Shown: positions 1-11,959 of the stretch, piece by piece
Numbering within the stretch: the first letter of the stretch is position 1
Layout of the letters: each line of letters opens with the position of its first letter
Assembly (NCBI RefSeq): GCF_964188315.1
Contig: NC_135656.1
Location: 96,348,001-96,412,000, forward strand
DNA length: 64,000 nucleotides
From: Podarcis muralis
Taxonomy: Eukaryota
Direction: 5' to 3'
The notes under the pieces: model-generated
Databases searched by the model: none
Seen by the model: the letters and a program-made list of their open reading frames with translations, nothing else
What the model was told of the DNA's origin: nothing
Program-made: the position numbers and the translations under genes

Positions 1-763
1 ATACCCTGTAAAACATAATAATGGAAGCAGTTTAGAAGAGTCAATACATTTGTAGTCGACAGTACACAATAACACACGCCAGTGTTTTTCTTCTTATATC
101 TATTGTAAAGTTTTGTGCTTCATTCCTAAACTTAACAATTGATTGCAGGCTGTACTGAAACTGGATTCAACTGTCCTGTTAGCTGGCATGATCTAAACTA
201 GAGCCATTTAGAAAACAACAACTTTGCATTCAACCTTGTCCTTTGCTACCACGGATAGAACAATAAACCTGCCAAAAATTGTTTTTATACACGGATTGAT
301 AAATACATGCACTATTGATAATAGCTGCTGCACTGCAAGCGTCCCACAGAATATAGGATCAAAACACCTGATAGAATAACCCAGATGCTCTGGAAAGCCT
401 CAACAGTTAGGATAAAAAATCACAAGCCTCAACTTCCGTGCCGGGATAAAGTTTTCGCAGAATTGCAATGAGACAGCAACAAGGAAATCCAACTGTTATT
501 TCTACTCAGATAGACTTTAAGGCAAAAATCACCCAGACCTGAGTATATAACACACAGGACTGGCATGTATAACAAGACTTTCATTTTAGAGATTAAGGGC
601 CAGGAATCAAGATGCTTTGCGGCTTCTCTTAGTTTAAAAAAAAAAATAATGATTTGTGATGTGCAAGTGATGGACAGGGTATTTCTTTTGAAAAGGATAG
701 ATCAAAACAATGTGCCCTTCATGTACAGGTCTGCATCCTTCATCTCATTTGAGTGGTTGGTAC

Positions 764-1438
764 TAGGGGTGAAGGAGGACTTTGTTTTGTTTAGGATTTA
801 AATGCGAACCTCACCTACCCAAACACTATGTGAAATGAAACACAGCTATCCCTTCTATATTCACGGTCTTCCAGCTTTTGTTGCGCGGCTCTCCAAGTCA
901 AAAATGTGTACAAAAATATGTAGCCATATGTGAAAACTCTGCATAAAAATGCACATACAGTGGTGCCTCGCAAGACGAAATTAATCCGTTCCGCGAGTCT
1001 CTTCGTCTTGCGGTTTTTTCGTCTTGCGAAGCACGGCTATTAGCGGATTAGCGGCTATTAACGGCTTAGTGGCTTTAAGAAAAAGGAAACAAACTCGCAA
1101 GAACTCGCAAGACGTTTTCATCTTGCGAAGCAAGCCCATAGGGAAATTCGTCTTGCGAAGCACCTCAAAAAACGAAAAACCCTTTCGTCTAGCGAGTTTT
1201 TCGTCTTGCGAGGCATTCGTCTTGTGGGGCACCACTGTAATAGTGAAAATGACATAAATGTTGAAAGAAATTGCTTGCAAAAAATGTGCACATCAAGAAA
1301 AGCTATATGCAAAAATGTGTGTTTGTGTGTGTATTCAGAGAAATCTGTACTAAACTGCTGATGAATCTTCACTTTTTAAAAAGAAATAAATTGCAAACTG
1401 ATACAAAAAGAGATGCACTTAAGACTGATCCATCCCTA
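764..1438. mobile_element. hAT-like non-autonomous DNA element hosting a nested mariner MITE
   Basis: Termini TAGGGGTG...CATCCCTA; flanks gttggtac / gttagtag (6/8 TSD match); interrupted at a TA by the element at 958-1237. Confidence 0.65.
958..1237. mobile_element. Tc1/mariner-type MITE (family A)
   Basis: TIRs CAGTGGTGCCTCGCAAGACGAA / TTCGTCTTGTGGGGCACCACTG, TA on both sides, internal repeated TCTTGCGA motifs. Confidence 0.9.
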
Positions 1439-1714
1439 GTTAGTAGTGATACATTTTATTATGTTTAGCATGTTACAACCCATCTGTTTCCCCAAAACAT
1501 GAAAATGAGCTCATGTGTAAATAGTCACTTGCTAGGCTGCTTATGACAAACAAGAGGTCATCTCTAGCAGCAGGAAATTTTTGCTGAATTTTGTTTCATG
1601 CCATGAAGTTGACAGAAGAGCATTCATGTGGGCTTGTACATTTTATATGCTAGTTTTAATAGATTCCAATTGGAGAGAATAGTTTCACACTGAAAGAACT
1701 TTGAACAGAATTCA

Positions 1715-2630
1715 ACAAGCTTAGTATGAATCAACAGTGTGATGCCGCAGCAAAAATTAAAAATTTATGTTATTCTAGGCTTATTTCGCTGTCTTCTGTC
1801 TTGGTCAGACCACACCTGGACTACTGTGTTCAGTTCTGGGCACCACAGTTTAAGAAGGATATTGAAAAGCTAGAACGTGTACAGAAGAGGGCAACCAAGA
1901 TGATCAAGGGTCTAGAAACCAACCAAGCCTTAAGAAGAACGGTTGAGGGAGTTGGGCATGATTAGCATGGAGAAGAGCAGACTGAAGTGATATGTTAGCC
2001 ATCTTCAAATATCTAAAGGGTTGTCACATGGAAGACAGTGCAAGCTTGTCTCCTCCTCCACCAGAGGGTAGGACCCAAGCCAATGGATTCAAATTACATG
2101 AAAGGAGATTCCAACTATAGTAGTAGTAATTTCCCCAGCCACTCTGGGCGGCTTCCAACAGAATATTAAAATACAATAATCTATTAAATATTAAAAGCTT
2201 CCCTAAACAGGGCTGCCTTCAGATGTCTTCTGAAAGTCTGGTAGTTGTTCTTCTCTTTGACATCTGGTGTAAGGGCATTCCACAGGGCAGGTGCCACTAC
2301 CAAGAAGGCCCTCTGCCTGGTTCCCTGTAACCTGGCTTCTCGCAGCGAGGGAACCGCCAGAAGGCCCTTGGCACTGGACCTCAGTGTCCGGGCAGAACGA
2401 TGGGGGTGGAGACGCTCCTTCAGGTATACCTGACCAAGGCCATTTAGGGCTTTAAAGGTCAGCACCAACACTTTGAATTGTGCTCGGAAACGTACTGGGA
2501 AACTAAATATTAGGAAGACCTTTCTGACAGTAAGAGCTGTTCAACAGTGGAATAGAATATCTCAGAAGGTGTCAAACTCTCCTTCACTGGAGAGTTGAAT
2601 GGTCACCTGCCATTTAGCTGTGATCTTGCT
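1715..2630 (+). mobile_element. CR1 LINE 3' fragment (ORF2 C-terminus plus 3' end), interrupted by an L2
   Basis: Translation LVRPHLDYCVQFWAPQFKKDIEKLERVQKRATKMIKGLE is the CR1 ORF2 C-terminal signature; CR1 sequence resumes after 2500. Confidence 0.9.
2118..2500 (-). mobile_element. L2 LINE 3' end, 5'-truncated
   Basis: ORF 2184-2471 (FKALNGLG..YLKERL..RTLRSS..RAF.VVAP.LWNAL..FRRHLK..LF) is L2 ORF2 C-terminus; (TAC)n-like tail; AACTA duplicated at 2113-2117 and 2501-2505. Confidence 0.9.
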
Positions 2631-2633
2631 TTG

Positions 2634-3364
2634 TGTGTCGAGGTCCCCAAGCCACCCCCCAATAACTCACACATCACACATCAATTTTGGTTTGGGTTTT
2701 TGGCACGATTTTGGCCACAACTTTATTTAAATACATCCAAGTGAGTGGTTGCTTAGGCATTGGTTCCAACTATCTGTCCTTGCCCAGGGGACAGGACTGG
2801 ACTTCCAGATTCCAGCGAAAGCCAGTCAGGGTAACAAATTTTGGGGAGAAAATGAAGCTGGGCCTCAGTCCCTCACTTCTCACCCTCATGCTCCTGGTGG
2901 CTTGCACGGCCCAAGTCCGATGCCAGGGACAAGGACGAAAAGAATGGCAAGCCCCTGGATTCCTTTAACGGAATTCCCTTTCCGCACCACCATTGGAGGG
3001 GTAGGTACTTACCCCTCCACCAACCAATTTGAACCAATGCCTAACCGCCAACCTTACAAGTTGTGACGATTTGCTACGCAGTAGGCAAAACCAAATGGCA
3101 CCAGCCAATCAGCCAAATGGACAAATTCCTACCAGGCCAGGCCCCTGCCTCAAAGCAGACGACCCCATGACAGGCATAGCAAGGTCAAGCGAACAACCCC
3201 CCCAATACAGAGAGGGTGGGCGGGTGATCCGGTGCAAGCAGCCAAGAGAACGCTCAAAGTTGGGCGACCAGTATTTAAAACCCCTGACCCCGCCTTCAAA
3301 ATTGGCCACAAGCAGTTCTCCTCAGCGACCCGATTAACCAATTCACTGCTTGGATCCCTCCACA
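2634..3364 (-). mobile_element. Solo LTR (Gypsy/ERV-like)
   Basis: Minus strand reads TGTGGAGG...GACACA (TG..CA termini) with AATAAAGTTGTGGCC poly(A) signal near its 3' end; no clean TSD and no internal gag/pol seen. Confidence 0.65.
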
Positions 3365-3939
3365 AATCTGCCCAGCAACAATGGGGTGGCTTGTATCCCC
3401 CACCGCAACATGCGCTCTCTGCTAGGGAGAACACGTTTTCTACAATTCTATCATTGTTGCATGCACAGAATGAGATCTGCTTGCGCAACAGTGCTCTTTT
3501 CCTCACCTCTCCACCCACTAAATCTGCTCTGGAGGGTTCTGCTCTGACATATCACCTTGGTGTGTCATCCAGTCCTAGAATATTGACCTGAGACAAACTC
3601 TCTCCAGTTTCAAGACAAGCCAACTTTGAACCATTGACCAGAATCAGAAGAATCTTTATTTGCATCAGCCACTAGCCATAGCAATAAAATAAAATAAAAT
3701 AAAATAAAATAAAAATGTACTGAAGATGGAGGTAAAAACTTAACTATACAAAATACATTCCAGAGGTTCTAATCCCCCCCTTTTTGCAGTTTTTGCTGTC
3801 ACCTGATTATCTCGATAGAAGAACACAGGAGCAATGGTTGAGCGACCTGTGACTATACAGCTACAAATTAAAGTTTTAAATGTGTTGTAATGTGCAATCA
3901 TACAAATGTGACACCAGATGGCGATAGTGCGCTATGCCA

Positions 3940-4165
3940 AATTCAATGTATTTTTTCAAAACCTTTTATAAAAAAAGCATTTTCACAGCTTTTTTTATAT
4001 GTGTGTAGAGCGGTAATAACCTCACTCCTCGAATATTTAGAAGGAGCGCAAGCTAGAAGCACACGAGCTACTGATTCAGTACTGCCACCTACACATGGCA
4101 CAAATGTATGTTTCCAGCGGAATTTTTTGAAATCGACCCTCAAGTACAGCTGAAGGCAGCACATT
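3940..4165 (-). mobile_element. Degenerate LINE ORF2 C-terminal zinc-knuckle remnant
   Basis: Frame-shifted translation AVLEGRFQKIPLETYIC.. / ..GSTESVARVLLAC resembles the C-terminal CCHC region of non-LTR ORF2; recalled similarity only. Confidence 0.45.
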
Positions 4166-5701
4166 TAATCTTGCATAAGTGAAAGAGCACCTGTACTTTG
4201 GAATTGTTAAATTTTGCAAACAGGGTGCCAATGTATCAGTTGGTCACGAATCCAGTTTGTGTAACCAACCAGTGTGTTTATATGTGCATGCACAGTCACA
4301 CACTCACAACACCCTGTGAATGCTCCCGTGGCATTTAAAGCTATTTTTTTTTTAAAAAAAATAAAATAATCTACCATCTGCTAAACAATTGCAAGCATTT
4401 AGTATTTTTCCATTTCCCCTCCTTCCTGCCTTCAAAACACACCTTCACAAGCTGCTAAGCAATAAAGCTTTTGCTACTCTAATGAGAACCTTCCTCATGA
4501 CCCAAGAATGTTCACTAAATAATTATTAAACTCTGGAGGTGTGGGTTTGGTTTGTTTTTTGCCCGAGTCGCTATTCAATAAAAGACTGCAGGTTGATTTG
4601 CTTCAATGCTTCATTCTCTTTTCGGGACTGGTGGGATACGTATCACCCAAGAGGTGAACAACAAGCAACCGCTGAAAAATTCCTACTAGCCAGACCTGTA
4701 GGAGATTACTTTCCTACTGACTGGTAAGCAATCCACCAACAACTTTGCTGTTTCCCCCACTGTTTTTACAGCCCCGTACATTGAGCTACCACTCAGAAGT
4801 TTATTTCTTGAACCACAAAAGGTGGTTCAAGAGCAGCACTGGACAGAGAGCCCCGAAGATCAGACCCTAAGAGTCTGAGACGCCTCTGCTTCCAAACCTC
4901 ATAATGAAATGTGCCACTGCTTTACTTTTTGTCTGTTACACCAGTGGTAAGAGATATGTTAACTGCAACAAAGCAATGCCAACTGCAATTTTGGGTGTGT
5001 GTTTTTTAAGAAAAAAGGTTTTTGCAGCTAAAAATATCTCAAATTAAAAATAAAACCGTATTATTCTGTAGTCTTCCTCATCCAGAAAATATATATTCAC
5101 ACAACTCCTTTAGGAGATGCATTTGACACCAGAAAGTCCACAATGTGTTTCAAATTCAGTATTTTGTCTGGGCTGTAAATTCATATTACTTTAACAACAA
5201 GAAAGCCACGAAAAAGATATATCACTTATCTGTTCTCCGCATTTTAAGTTATTATCATTATCTTGCTCAGGCAGACACAGCTGCTGTGCCTTTTAGATAG
5301 CAAGAAGCTGAAGCAGCAACAGTAGGTTTAATCTCTCATAATGTTCTTTTTTATGTGTATGTACATATATATATGTATATAAACTTATCACCATGTTAAA
5401 ACAGAGAGCTCTTTGCCCCCCTCAAATGAAGTGTCACTTACAGATAGCGGCTTTGAAAGGAGCAAGGAATGAACATCGGGATTCTAAGAGCTTCCATCTT
5501 TCCCCCCTTCCTGTTTAAGGTGCTCTGTAAAGCCCTTGGAGAAGAGTCAAAGTCAAAGCAAGTCCTGGCACTGGATGTGTCACTAGGGGTGGCTCTTGAT
5601 AAAGGCCATGGCAACTCCAATCCCAACACAGCTCAGTGCTGAAATGGTGCCCTGGTGTCTCTGCATTAGCAGACCTGTTTAATCCAGCACCTACCTGAAT
5701 A

Positions 5702-5705
<4 letters not shown>

Positions 5706-5734
<29 letters not shown>
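5706..5734. repeat. (GA)n microsatellite
   Basis: Pure GA run. Confidence 0.95.
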
Positions 5735-5738
<4 letters not shown>

Positions 5739-5940
5739 CTTTTTACCAGTGGAGGGAGATGTTGGCTTGGGGAGAGAAAGCGAAGGAACTTGTAGAAGTG
5801 AGAAGGCATCCGGCTGAAGACAGGACGCTATTTCAGCTGCTTGTTTTGTTCTCCTGAGCTACTGCACAATATATAGCACCATATGGTCTGGATGACTGAT
5901 ACGTTTGGGTCTCTTTATGGTGATGTGATACACACACACA

Positions 5941-6149
5941 CACTGGTACCTCGGGTTAAGAACTTAATTTGTTCTGGAGATCCGTTCTTAACCTGAAACT
6001 GTTCTTAACCTGAGGTACCACTTTAGCTAGTGGAGCCTCCCGCTGCCGCCACACGATTTCTGTTCTCATCCTGAAGCAAAGTTCTTAACCCGAGGTACTA
6101 TTTCTGGGTTAGAGGAGTCTGTAACCTGAAGCGTCTGTAACCTGAAGCG
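5941..6149. mobile_element. Tc1/mariner MITE (family B), right end lost in gap
   Basis: Starts CACTGGTACCTCGGGTTAAGAAC; body matches the copies at 13473, 39991, 51314 and 61939. Confidence 0.85.
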
Positions 6150-6345
6150 NNNNNNNNNNNNNNNNNNNNNNNNNNNNNNNNNNNNNNNNNNNNNNNNNNN
6201 NNNNNNNNNNNNNNNNNNNNNNNNNNNNNNNNNNNNNNNNNNNNNNNNNNNNNNNNNNNNNNNNNNNNNNNNNNNNNNNNNNNNNNNNNNNNNNNNNNNN
6301 NNNNNNNNNNNNNNNNNNNNNNNNNNNNNNNNNNNNNNNNNNNNN
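6150..6345. other. Assembly gap
   Basis: N run. Confidence 1.
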
Positions 6346-6766
6346 AAAAATGTCAGTCATCCAGACCATACAGTGACACACCAGGTGTGAAGCACCTAGG
6401 CGTACACTACTCAGGACTTCTTAAAAATCAATTGACTTTAGCAACGTGGGTGAAAGAGAGATAACATCTGAAAAACACGTGTCAGCATTTTACTGCATTC
6501 ACCTGTGCTTCAGTGCAGCAAGACCAAATAGATACCAGCACAGTTTTCACACAAGACACTGGGGTTTTGTTCTCACAATGCCTGCAAGCAGTGCTTTAAG
6601 AACCCAGTTTAATTTATGGTAGCCCAATTATTGCGACATGGCTGCGGATCTCACTGCATTTTGTGGAAATGCTATATTAAGCTATACCCTTGATTGTTGG
6701 TTAATGAGTCTTGAGAGTTCTTGCAAACATTAATAATTATTTGTATCCCCAATCCATACTCTGGAG

Positions 6767-6897
6767 CAGCCTTTCTCAACCTGTGGGTCCCCAGACGTTG
6801 TTGAACTACAACTCCCATCACCCCTAGCTAGCAAGGCCAGAGCTCAGGGATGATGGGAGTTGTAGTCCAACAACATCTGGGGACCCACAGGTGGAGG
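6767..6897. mobile_element. Hairpin hAT-type MITE
   Basis: Arms CCTGTGGGTCCCCAGA..ACTACAACTCCCATC / GATGGGAGTTGTAGT..TCTGGGGACCCACAGG; same architecture as TSD-bearing copies elsewhere. Confidence 0.8.
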
Positions 6898-8822
6898 GTC
6901 TTGGCAAAGTGGGAGAAGTCGATTCTTTTATTTTTCTAGTCTAGGCCAAGGAGGTAGCCAACCTTCCTCAGTAGGTGGAGCTGCCAAATTTCAAAGAACT
7001 GTTTTTAAAATGACTTCCTTATAATCAAACAGAAATCTGTACAGTATAATCCTGTTGCCAAGCCCAAATTATCTTTGTGCATTTTAGTGTCTGTAACACT
7101 AAATTTGCTGGTGTGGGGGAGAAGTGTTGTCATGGCTGGAGGAGGACGGAGAAGAATCTGGTTGTAAAACAGCCTTATTACAAGGGATTTGACTAACAGG
7201 ATGAAAGTAACACAGGGTAGCATCAACAGAAGTTAACTCAGACCCAAATGAACTACAACATAAATAAGCTTAAAATGCTGTATTTCCCTAGCAGATCAAA
7301 GCCTGCCGCTTTTTAAAAGGAAAGAGTGCTCCTCTTTTAACAAATATTAAAATGCAATGTTAAAATAAAATGGGAAGAAGCTGAATGAATGTATGCAAAC
7401 CTGAATAAAGCCTGAATGACTAAAACAAACTTCTGAATCTGCCTGGCCAGGCAGCGTCCTCTCAAGTACTGTCTCCTTTAATCGGTTATTGCAAATAGAA
7501 AATTCACCCAGCACAAACAGTATAGACTCAGTATTGCTCTCTTGATGACTTATATAAAGAATGTGATACTATAATATTTACAATATCTAGGTTTAAACCA
7601 CAAGGACAGGTACAGTCAAAGTATGGCACACTCTTGAGCATTCCTTGCTAAAACAACTGAATGCATCAGAATTAAATGAGCTTTAGTAAAGGCCACCCTG
7701 TCTTTTAATTTATGCAAGTCCTTAAAATAACAAGGTTATCATTTTTTTAATGCAAAGGAAATTCTCAAACAATGGTGCTGTTTCATAAACCGATGTGGTC
7801 GCTCATTCCATCTGAAGGGATACATCATACAATCTCTGCTTCAAAGGCCTTTTTTAAAGCAAACGTCCTCCCCATAGTTTTTACGTACAGTTCAGAAAAG
7901 CCTAATGTCACTGCTAGGGAGGAAGGAAGCATTTTTCCAAGAGTGATTGTCCATTTACTCAAAGGCTACGTGAACAGAACAGCAAGCCGCACTAAAAAAG
8001 CTTTTTTAGCCAGAAATTTAACATCATTTTATATGTCACTGTTTATATTCTATATTGCCAATTTAGCTCTGCGCAAATCAGAAATGACCAATAATGGAAA
8101 TATCACCAGGAAAGAAAGTATAGATTTGTCTTGGAGTACAAGGGCCTTAAAGCCTCAGAGGCCCACTCAAAATTAGAACTTTTCACATTCTGTTGCAGAG
8201 ATTATATTGACTCATTGAGAGTAGTACTGTTCTCTTCAAAGCAATTAGCATCCATTGGGTTTTTTACAGCCATTCTCTTTCATTCATACTTTGATGTTTT
8301 CAGCAAACGGTTACATCATGCATTTATTACTACAGCTGTTAGAATACATTTTTGGATTGCTGTTATCTTAAATTTTTAAGAAATGTGTCGTTTGTTTTAT
8401 CTTCCACTGCGTTTCCAACCGAGTATCTATATATCTGTATCAATACACGCACACGCAAACCCATCCTTAGCACAATGCACACAGTCCACAAAAATAGGAA
8501 AGTCCACACCACAATAAATCAGTTACAGCGAGCCTGCTCATGTTTACTCAAACATATGCAACTCTGTATGGACACTGCAAACAGGGAAGTGGGTACAAAT
8601 TGAAACTGCTTCTCTGAAACTGTGGCTAGGCAAAACAAGTCAGGTACTGGCATCAGGATTCTCATTTACCCCCTGCTAATGACAGCTTTTCCAGAAGGCA
8701 ATTTCAATCAGGAAAAGGTTAGAAAATGCCTTTCTCCCCAGTGCCACAGATTTGGTCCAGAATCAAAGTTCCCTGAAGCTTAAAGTTAAAACAAGGTTGA
8801 GAAGTTTGATCATGGGTGCACT

Positions 8823-9021
8823 CAGTGCTTTTTTCCTGCAAAACCAGTGTTACTGCTACTACTGCAGGAGCCTGGAGGTACCCAGGGGTACGCATACCCC
8901 TAATTTTTTTGTGAATCTAAGTTTGGCCTCATTGAGGGGCAGTATTTCAATATGAGTAGGAAAATAAGAGTACCCCTAAACATCGTTGTCGTCGTCGTCA
9001 ACATCATCATTAAAAGCACTG
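8823..9021. mobile_element. hAT-type MITE with an internal 36-bp foreign insertion
   Basis: Termini CAGTGCTTTTTT...AAAAGCACTG; body matches 14388-14534; extra segment at 8837-8872. Confidence 0.8.
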
Positions 9022-9572
9022 GGTGTTTGCCCTGTTACTGAAACACAACTGACCATTTTCATTGGGCATACATAGCAAAGGCTACTGAAATTTCCACTGG
9101 GCTATCAGAAACTTTTGCTCTGCATGCTCCAAAAATTCTCTAAGGCGAAAGTAAGGGCTCTTGGTTCATACGAAATGAGCGGCTATCTAATCGGACTGGA
9201 TCATTGAACAGCATCAACTAGCAGTCCAGTGCCTGGCCTGTTTTAATTTTTATTTTTAGAGGAATTGTGGTATTGCCTCCTTGATTACTGTAAATGAACA
9301 GAGAGGGCTGTAACAAAATACTTTGATAGTTGGAAATCTCTTTCTAGCCTCAAAGTACAGTTTGGGGACACCACACCCTTCAGAGCTGGGCGGGCTACTG
9401 TGGCAATCTAATCTTTAAAGCAGTGGTGAGGAAATTGTGCCTCCTCCACCGACATTACTGGAGTCCCAACTCCCATCATCCCCAGCACGGGGATGAGGAA
9501 TGATGGGAGTTGTGATCCCAGAGCTTCTGGAGGGCTACAGATTCCCCTACAAGTGGGAGCCTCATAGCTTAC

Positions 9573-9660
9573 CTAACTCGGAGTGCTTACGACACATCAT
9601 TTGGATATTTGCGATAACATTAGACGGAAGTCTAAAGGCCATTTCCACGTGAGCGCAAAT
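9573..9660 (-). promoter_or_regulatory. Putative promoter / short first exon of a leftward gene
   Basis: Local CpG enrichment; ETS core CGGAAGT (9625-9631), E-box CACGTG (9646-9651); minus-strand donors GAGTTAG|gtaagc (exon end 9573) and TGTC|gtaagc (9591). A strong minus-strand acceptor (tatgttttacag|G) also lies at the left window edge. Confidence 0.45.
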
Positions 9661-10436
9661 GATGCCCTCTAGGCTGAGCAGTAGCGCTTCCCAACACCTC
9701 TCCTTTTCCCACGATGAAGGAACCAGCGCAGCCTTTCAGCCAACGCTATCCACAATGGTGGTAGTTCAACCGGTTTAGTTAAGTTGCAAAACCAGTGTTG
9801 CTACTACTGCAGGAGCCACATGATGGATCTAAATATGCTTTTTGTCACTTGGTTTCCAAAGGGGGTGGGGGAAGGGGTCTGAAAATGATGGATTTCAATG
9901 AGCCTTCTCCTGCTTCCCTCCGGGGCGGAGTGTAACAGTCTACACGGAATTGTTTTTACTTCTTTAGTTGTTTTTAAAAAGAGAGGCCTAGTTGGAACAA
10001 TTCACATATGGCAATGATGAAAAGCCTTTTTGTGGCCTAAACACTGGAGAAATTGTTCCCCCTTATATAGCTTTGCCAGAGCCGTGGCGAATTTGCGTTA
10101 GCTGCTACGTAAATCGCCAAGAGGGCAGCTGTGACTTGCGACCTTTGGAGGAGGAGGAGGAGAAAGGGAGAGCGTCTTTGCATCTTGCTAGCGGGCGTTC
10201 TGTCCCGCTAGCATATCATGTACCTAGTTTGAATTATACAAGAATGATAATAGGAGTATTTTTAGCAGGCAATAAAGTCTTGAAAAACAACAGTCGGACG
10301 GAGGAAGAGGAAATATACCATACACTTGATTTATATTGCAACTAAAAAATTTGGTCTAAAACAAAACAAAAAAATATTATCTTAATATGTGAAGGCTAGG
10401 GTCCCCCCCCCCCCACCCCATTGCTTGCATCCCAGC

Positions 10437-10964
10437 CAGGGCCGGATTAAGGTTTGATGAGGCCTTAAGATACTGAAGGTAATGGGGCCCTTTATATGTC
10501 CAGCTGTCCTTTGTCAACAACAAATTGTCGCTGTTTTTTGTGTTGAATATATGCTACATTTATGGACCTAATAGGTATCTAAAGCCTACCCATAAGAGAA
10601 TACTGTATGTATTTTATCAAAGTAATTTTTGAACTGAAATACAATTAAGAAGAAGTATATTAATTGATGTTTAGTCGTTTAGTCGTGTCCGACTCTTCAT
10701 GGCCCCATGGACCAGCGCAAGTATACTAATAGTGAAATAATTATTAAGCTCTAACTTAAAATGATTGGGGGCCCATTACTTACATCATAGGAGCCTACAC
10801 AACACAAAACATTGTTGCTGCATGTAGGGGGGCTTTTATTTGTTTTTTATCTTATATTTTGGAAAGGTACATCCAGTTCCCCCCCCTTTAAACTTTTGGG
10901 GGGCCCCCAAGAGAGTGGTGCCCTAAGCTATAGCTTGTTTAGCTTATATGTAAATCCGGCACTG
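10437..10964. mobile_element. hAT-type MITE
   Basis: TIRs CAGGGCCGGATT / AATCCGGCACTG; perfect 8-bp TSD ATCCCAGC. Confidence 0.9.
10667..10720 (-). mobile_element. RTE/BovB-related or Sauria-type 3' tail nested in a MITE
   Basis: TGTTTAGTCGTTTAGTCGTGTCCGACTCTTC..CCCCATGGACCAG matches the recalled antisense 3' end of BovB-related retroposons. Confidence 0.55.
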
Positions 10965-11405
10965 ATCCCAGCCTGTGGGAGGGAATTCAATGTACAGTGC
11001 TGCTTTTCATGTGGAAGCTCCTGATGACTTAGAGAGTTCCCATGCATGCCAAGAAATGGATGCCTCCAGGAACGCCCAGCCCTGGTGAGATATTTATGCC
11101 TGCGTCAGATATTCCTAGGGGCATCTTCTGGTGGTGGTGTGATAAAGGGTATTATGCATTACACTGAAATACAAAAAAGGGGGAGGGGGATAGCATCAAA
11201 ATAAGCCAAAAGAGTGACCTTCCCCCCCCCCAAAAAAAAGTTAAGAAAAAGCTTGGGGTCCTAATGCATTTTGATAAAAGTTATCCTGACAAAAGATTTT
11301 TAACTTCTGCAATGGGTACTACTGAAGTATTTAAGTTCATGTGACACTTTACTTCCCCTCTACAGAAAAGTCACTGAGCAAAAGTCTTGGTAAGATCATG
11401 GACAA

Positions 11406-11555
11406 GGCTGTAGGCTCAGTGATATCTGCTCTGCATGCAGGAGGCACCGGGTTCGATCTTTGCTATAGCCAGGTAAGGCTGGGAAAGAGTCCTGGCTGAA
11501 ACCCTGGAGAGCCTTCAATACTGAGTTAAATGGACCAATGGTCTGATTTGGTATA
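11406..11555 (+). mobile_element. tRNA-derived SINE (degenerate)
   Basis: A-box-like GCTCAGTG and B-box-like GGTTCGATC followed by a recurrent squamate SINE body. Confidence 0.6.
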
Positions 11556-11705
11556 TTCTAAGAATTAATTCAAATGCTTGTGGAAAGGACTAAACTATCA
11601 GAGCTGTGTACATGGGGAGGGAGCACATGTCTGAAGCCATCTCCTTGTCCATGAGGAGAGGAAACGGCTAGGCACATTCATGTCTCACTAAGCCATTGTT
11701 TAGAG

Positions 11706-11959
11706 CATGGGTAGGCAAACTAAGGCCCAGGGGCCGGATCAGGCCCCATCGCCTTCTAAATCTGGCCAGCGGACGGTCCGGGAATTAGCGTGTTTTTACA
11801 TGAGTAGAATGTGTCCTTTTATTTAAAATGCATCTCTGGGTTATTTGTGAGGCATAGGAATTCGTTCTCCCCCCCCCCAAAAAAAAATATAGTCTGGCCC
11901 CCCACAAGGTCTGAGTGACAGTGGACCAGCCCCCTGCTGAAAAAGTTTGCTGACCCCTG
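11706..11959. mobile_element. hAT (Charlie-like) MITE
   Basis: Termini CATGGGTAGGCAAAC / GTTTGCTGACCCCTG; perfect TSD GTTTAGAG. Confidence 0.9.

Noticed and set aside
1726-1965. 79-aa ORF with YCVQFWAP motif
   Set aside because: CR1 ORF2 remnant, truncated and frameshifted.
2184-2471. 95-aa ORF (and paralogue 29021-29377) as a host gene
   Set aside because: L2 ORF2 C-terminus, present in three or more copies with LINE tails.
2687-3591. Cluster of 90-120 aa ORFs, one with a signal-peptide-like stretch (LLTLMLLVAC)
   Set aside because: Mostly within an LTR-like segment; no consistent gene structure.
8670-8773. Minus-strand segment with in-frame TGA (NFDSGPNLWHWGERHFLTFS*LKLPSGK) as a selenoprotein exon
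   Set aside because: No resemblance to known selenoprotein families and no SECIS identified; more likely a UTR exon or chance.
11059-11126. Hairpin GATGCCTCCAGGAA..TTCCTAGGGGCATC as a pre-miRNA
   Set aside because: Stem of only about 14 bp with a loop of about 39 nt; does not fit Drosha/Dicer geometry.
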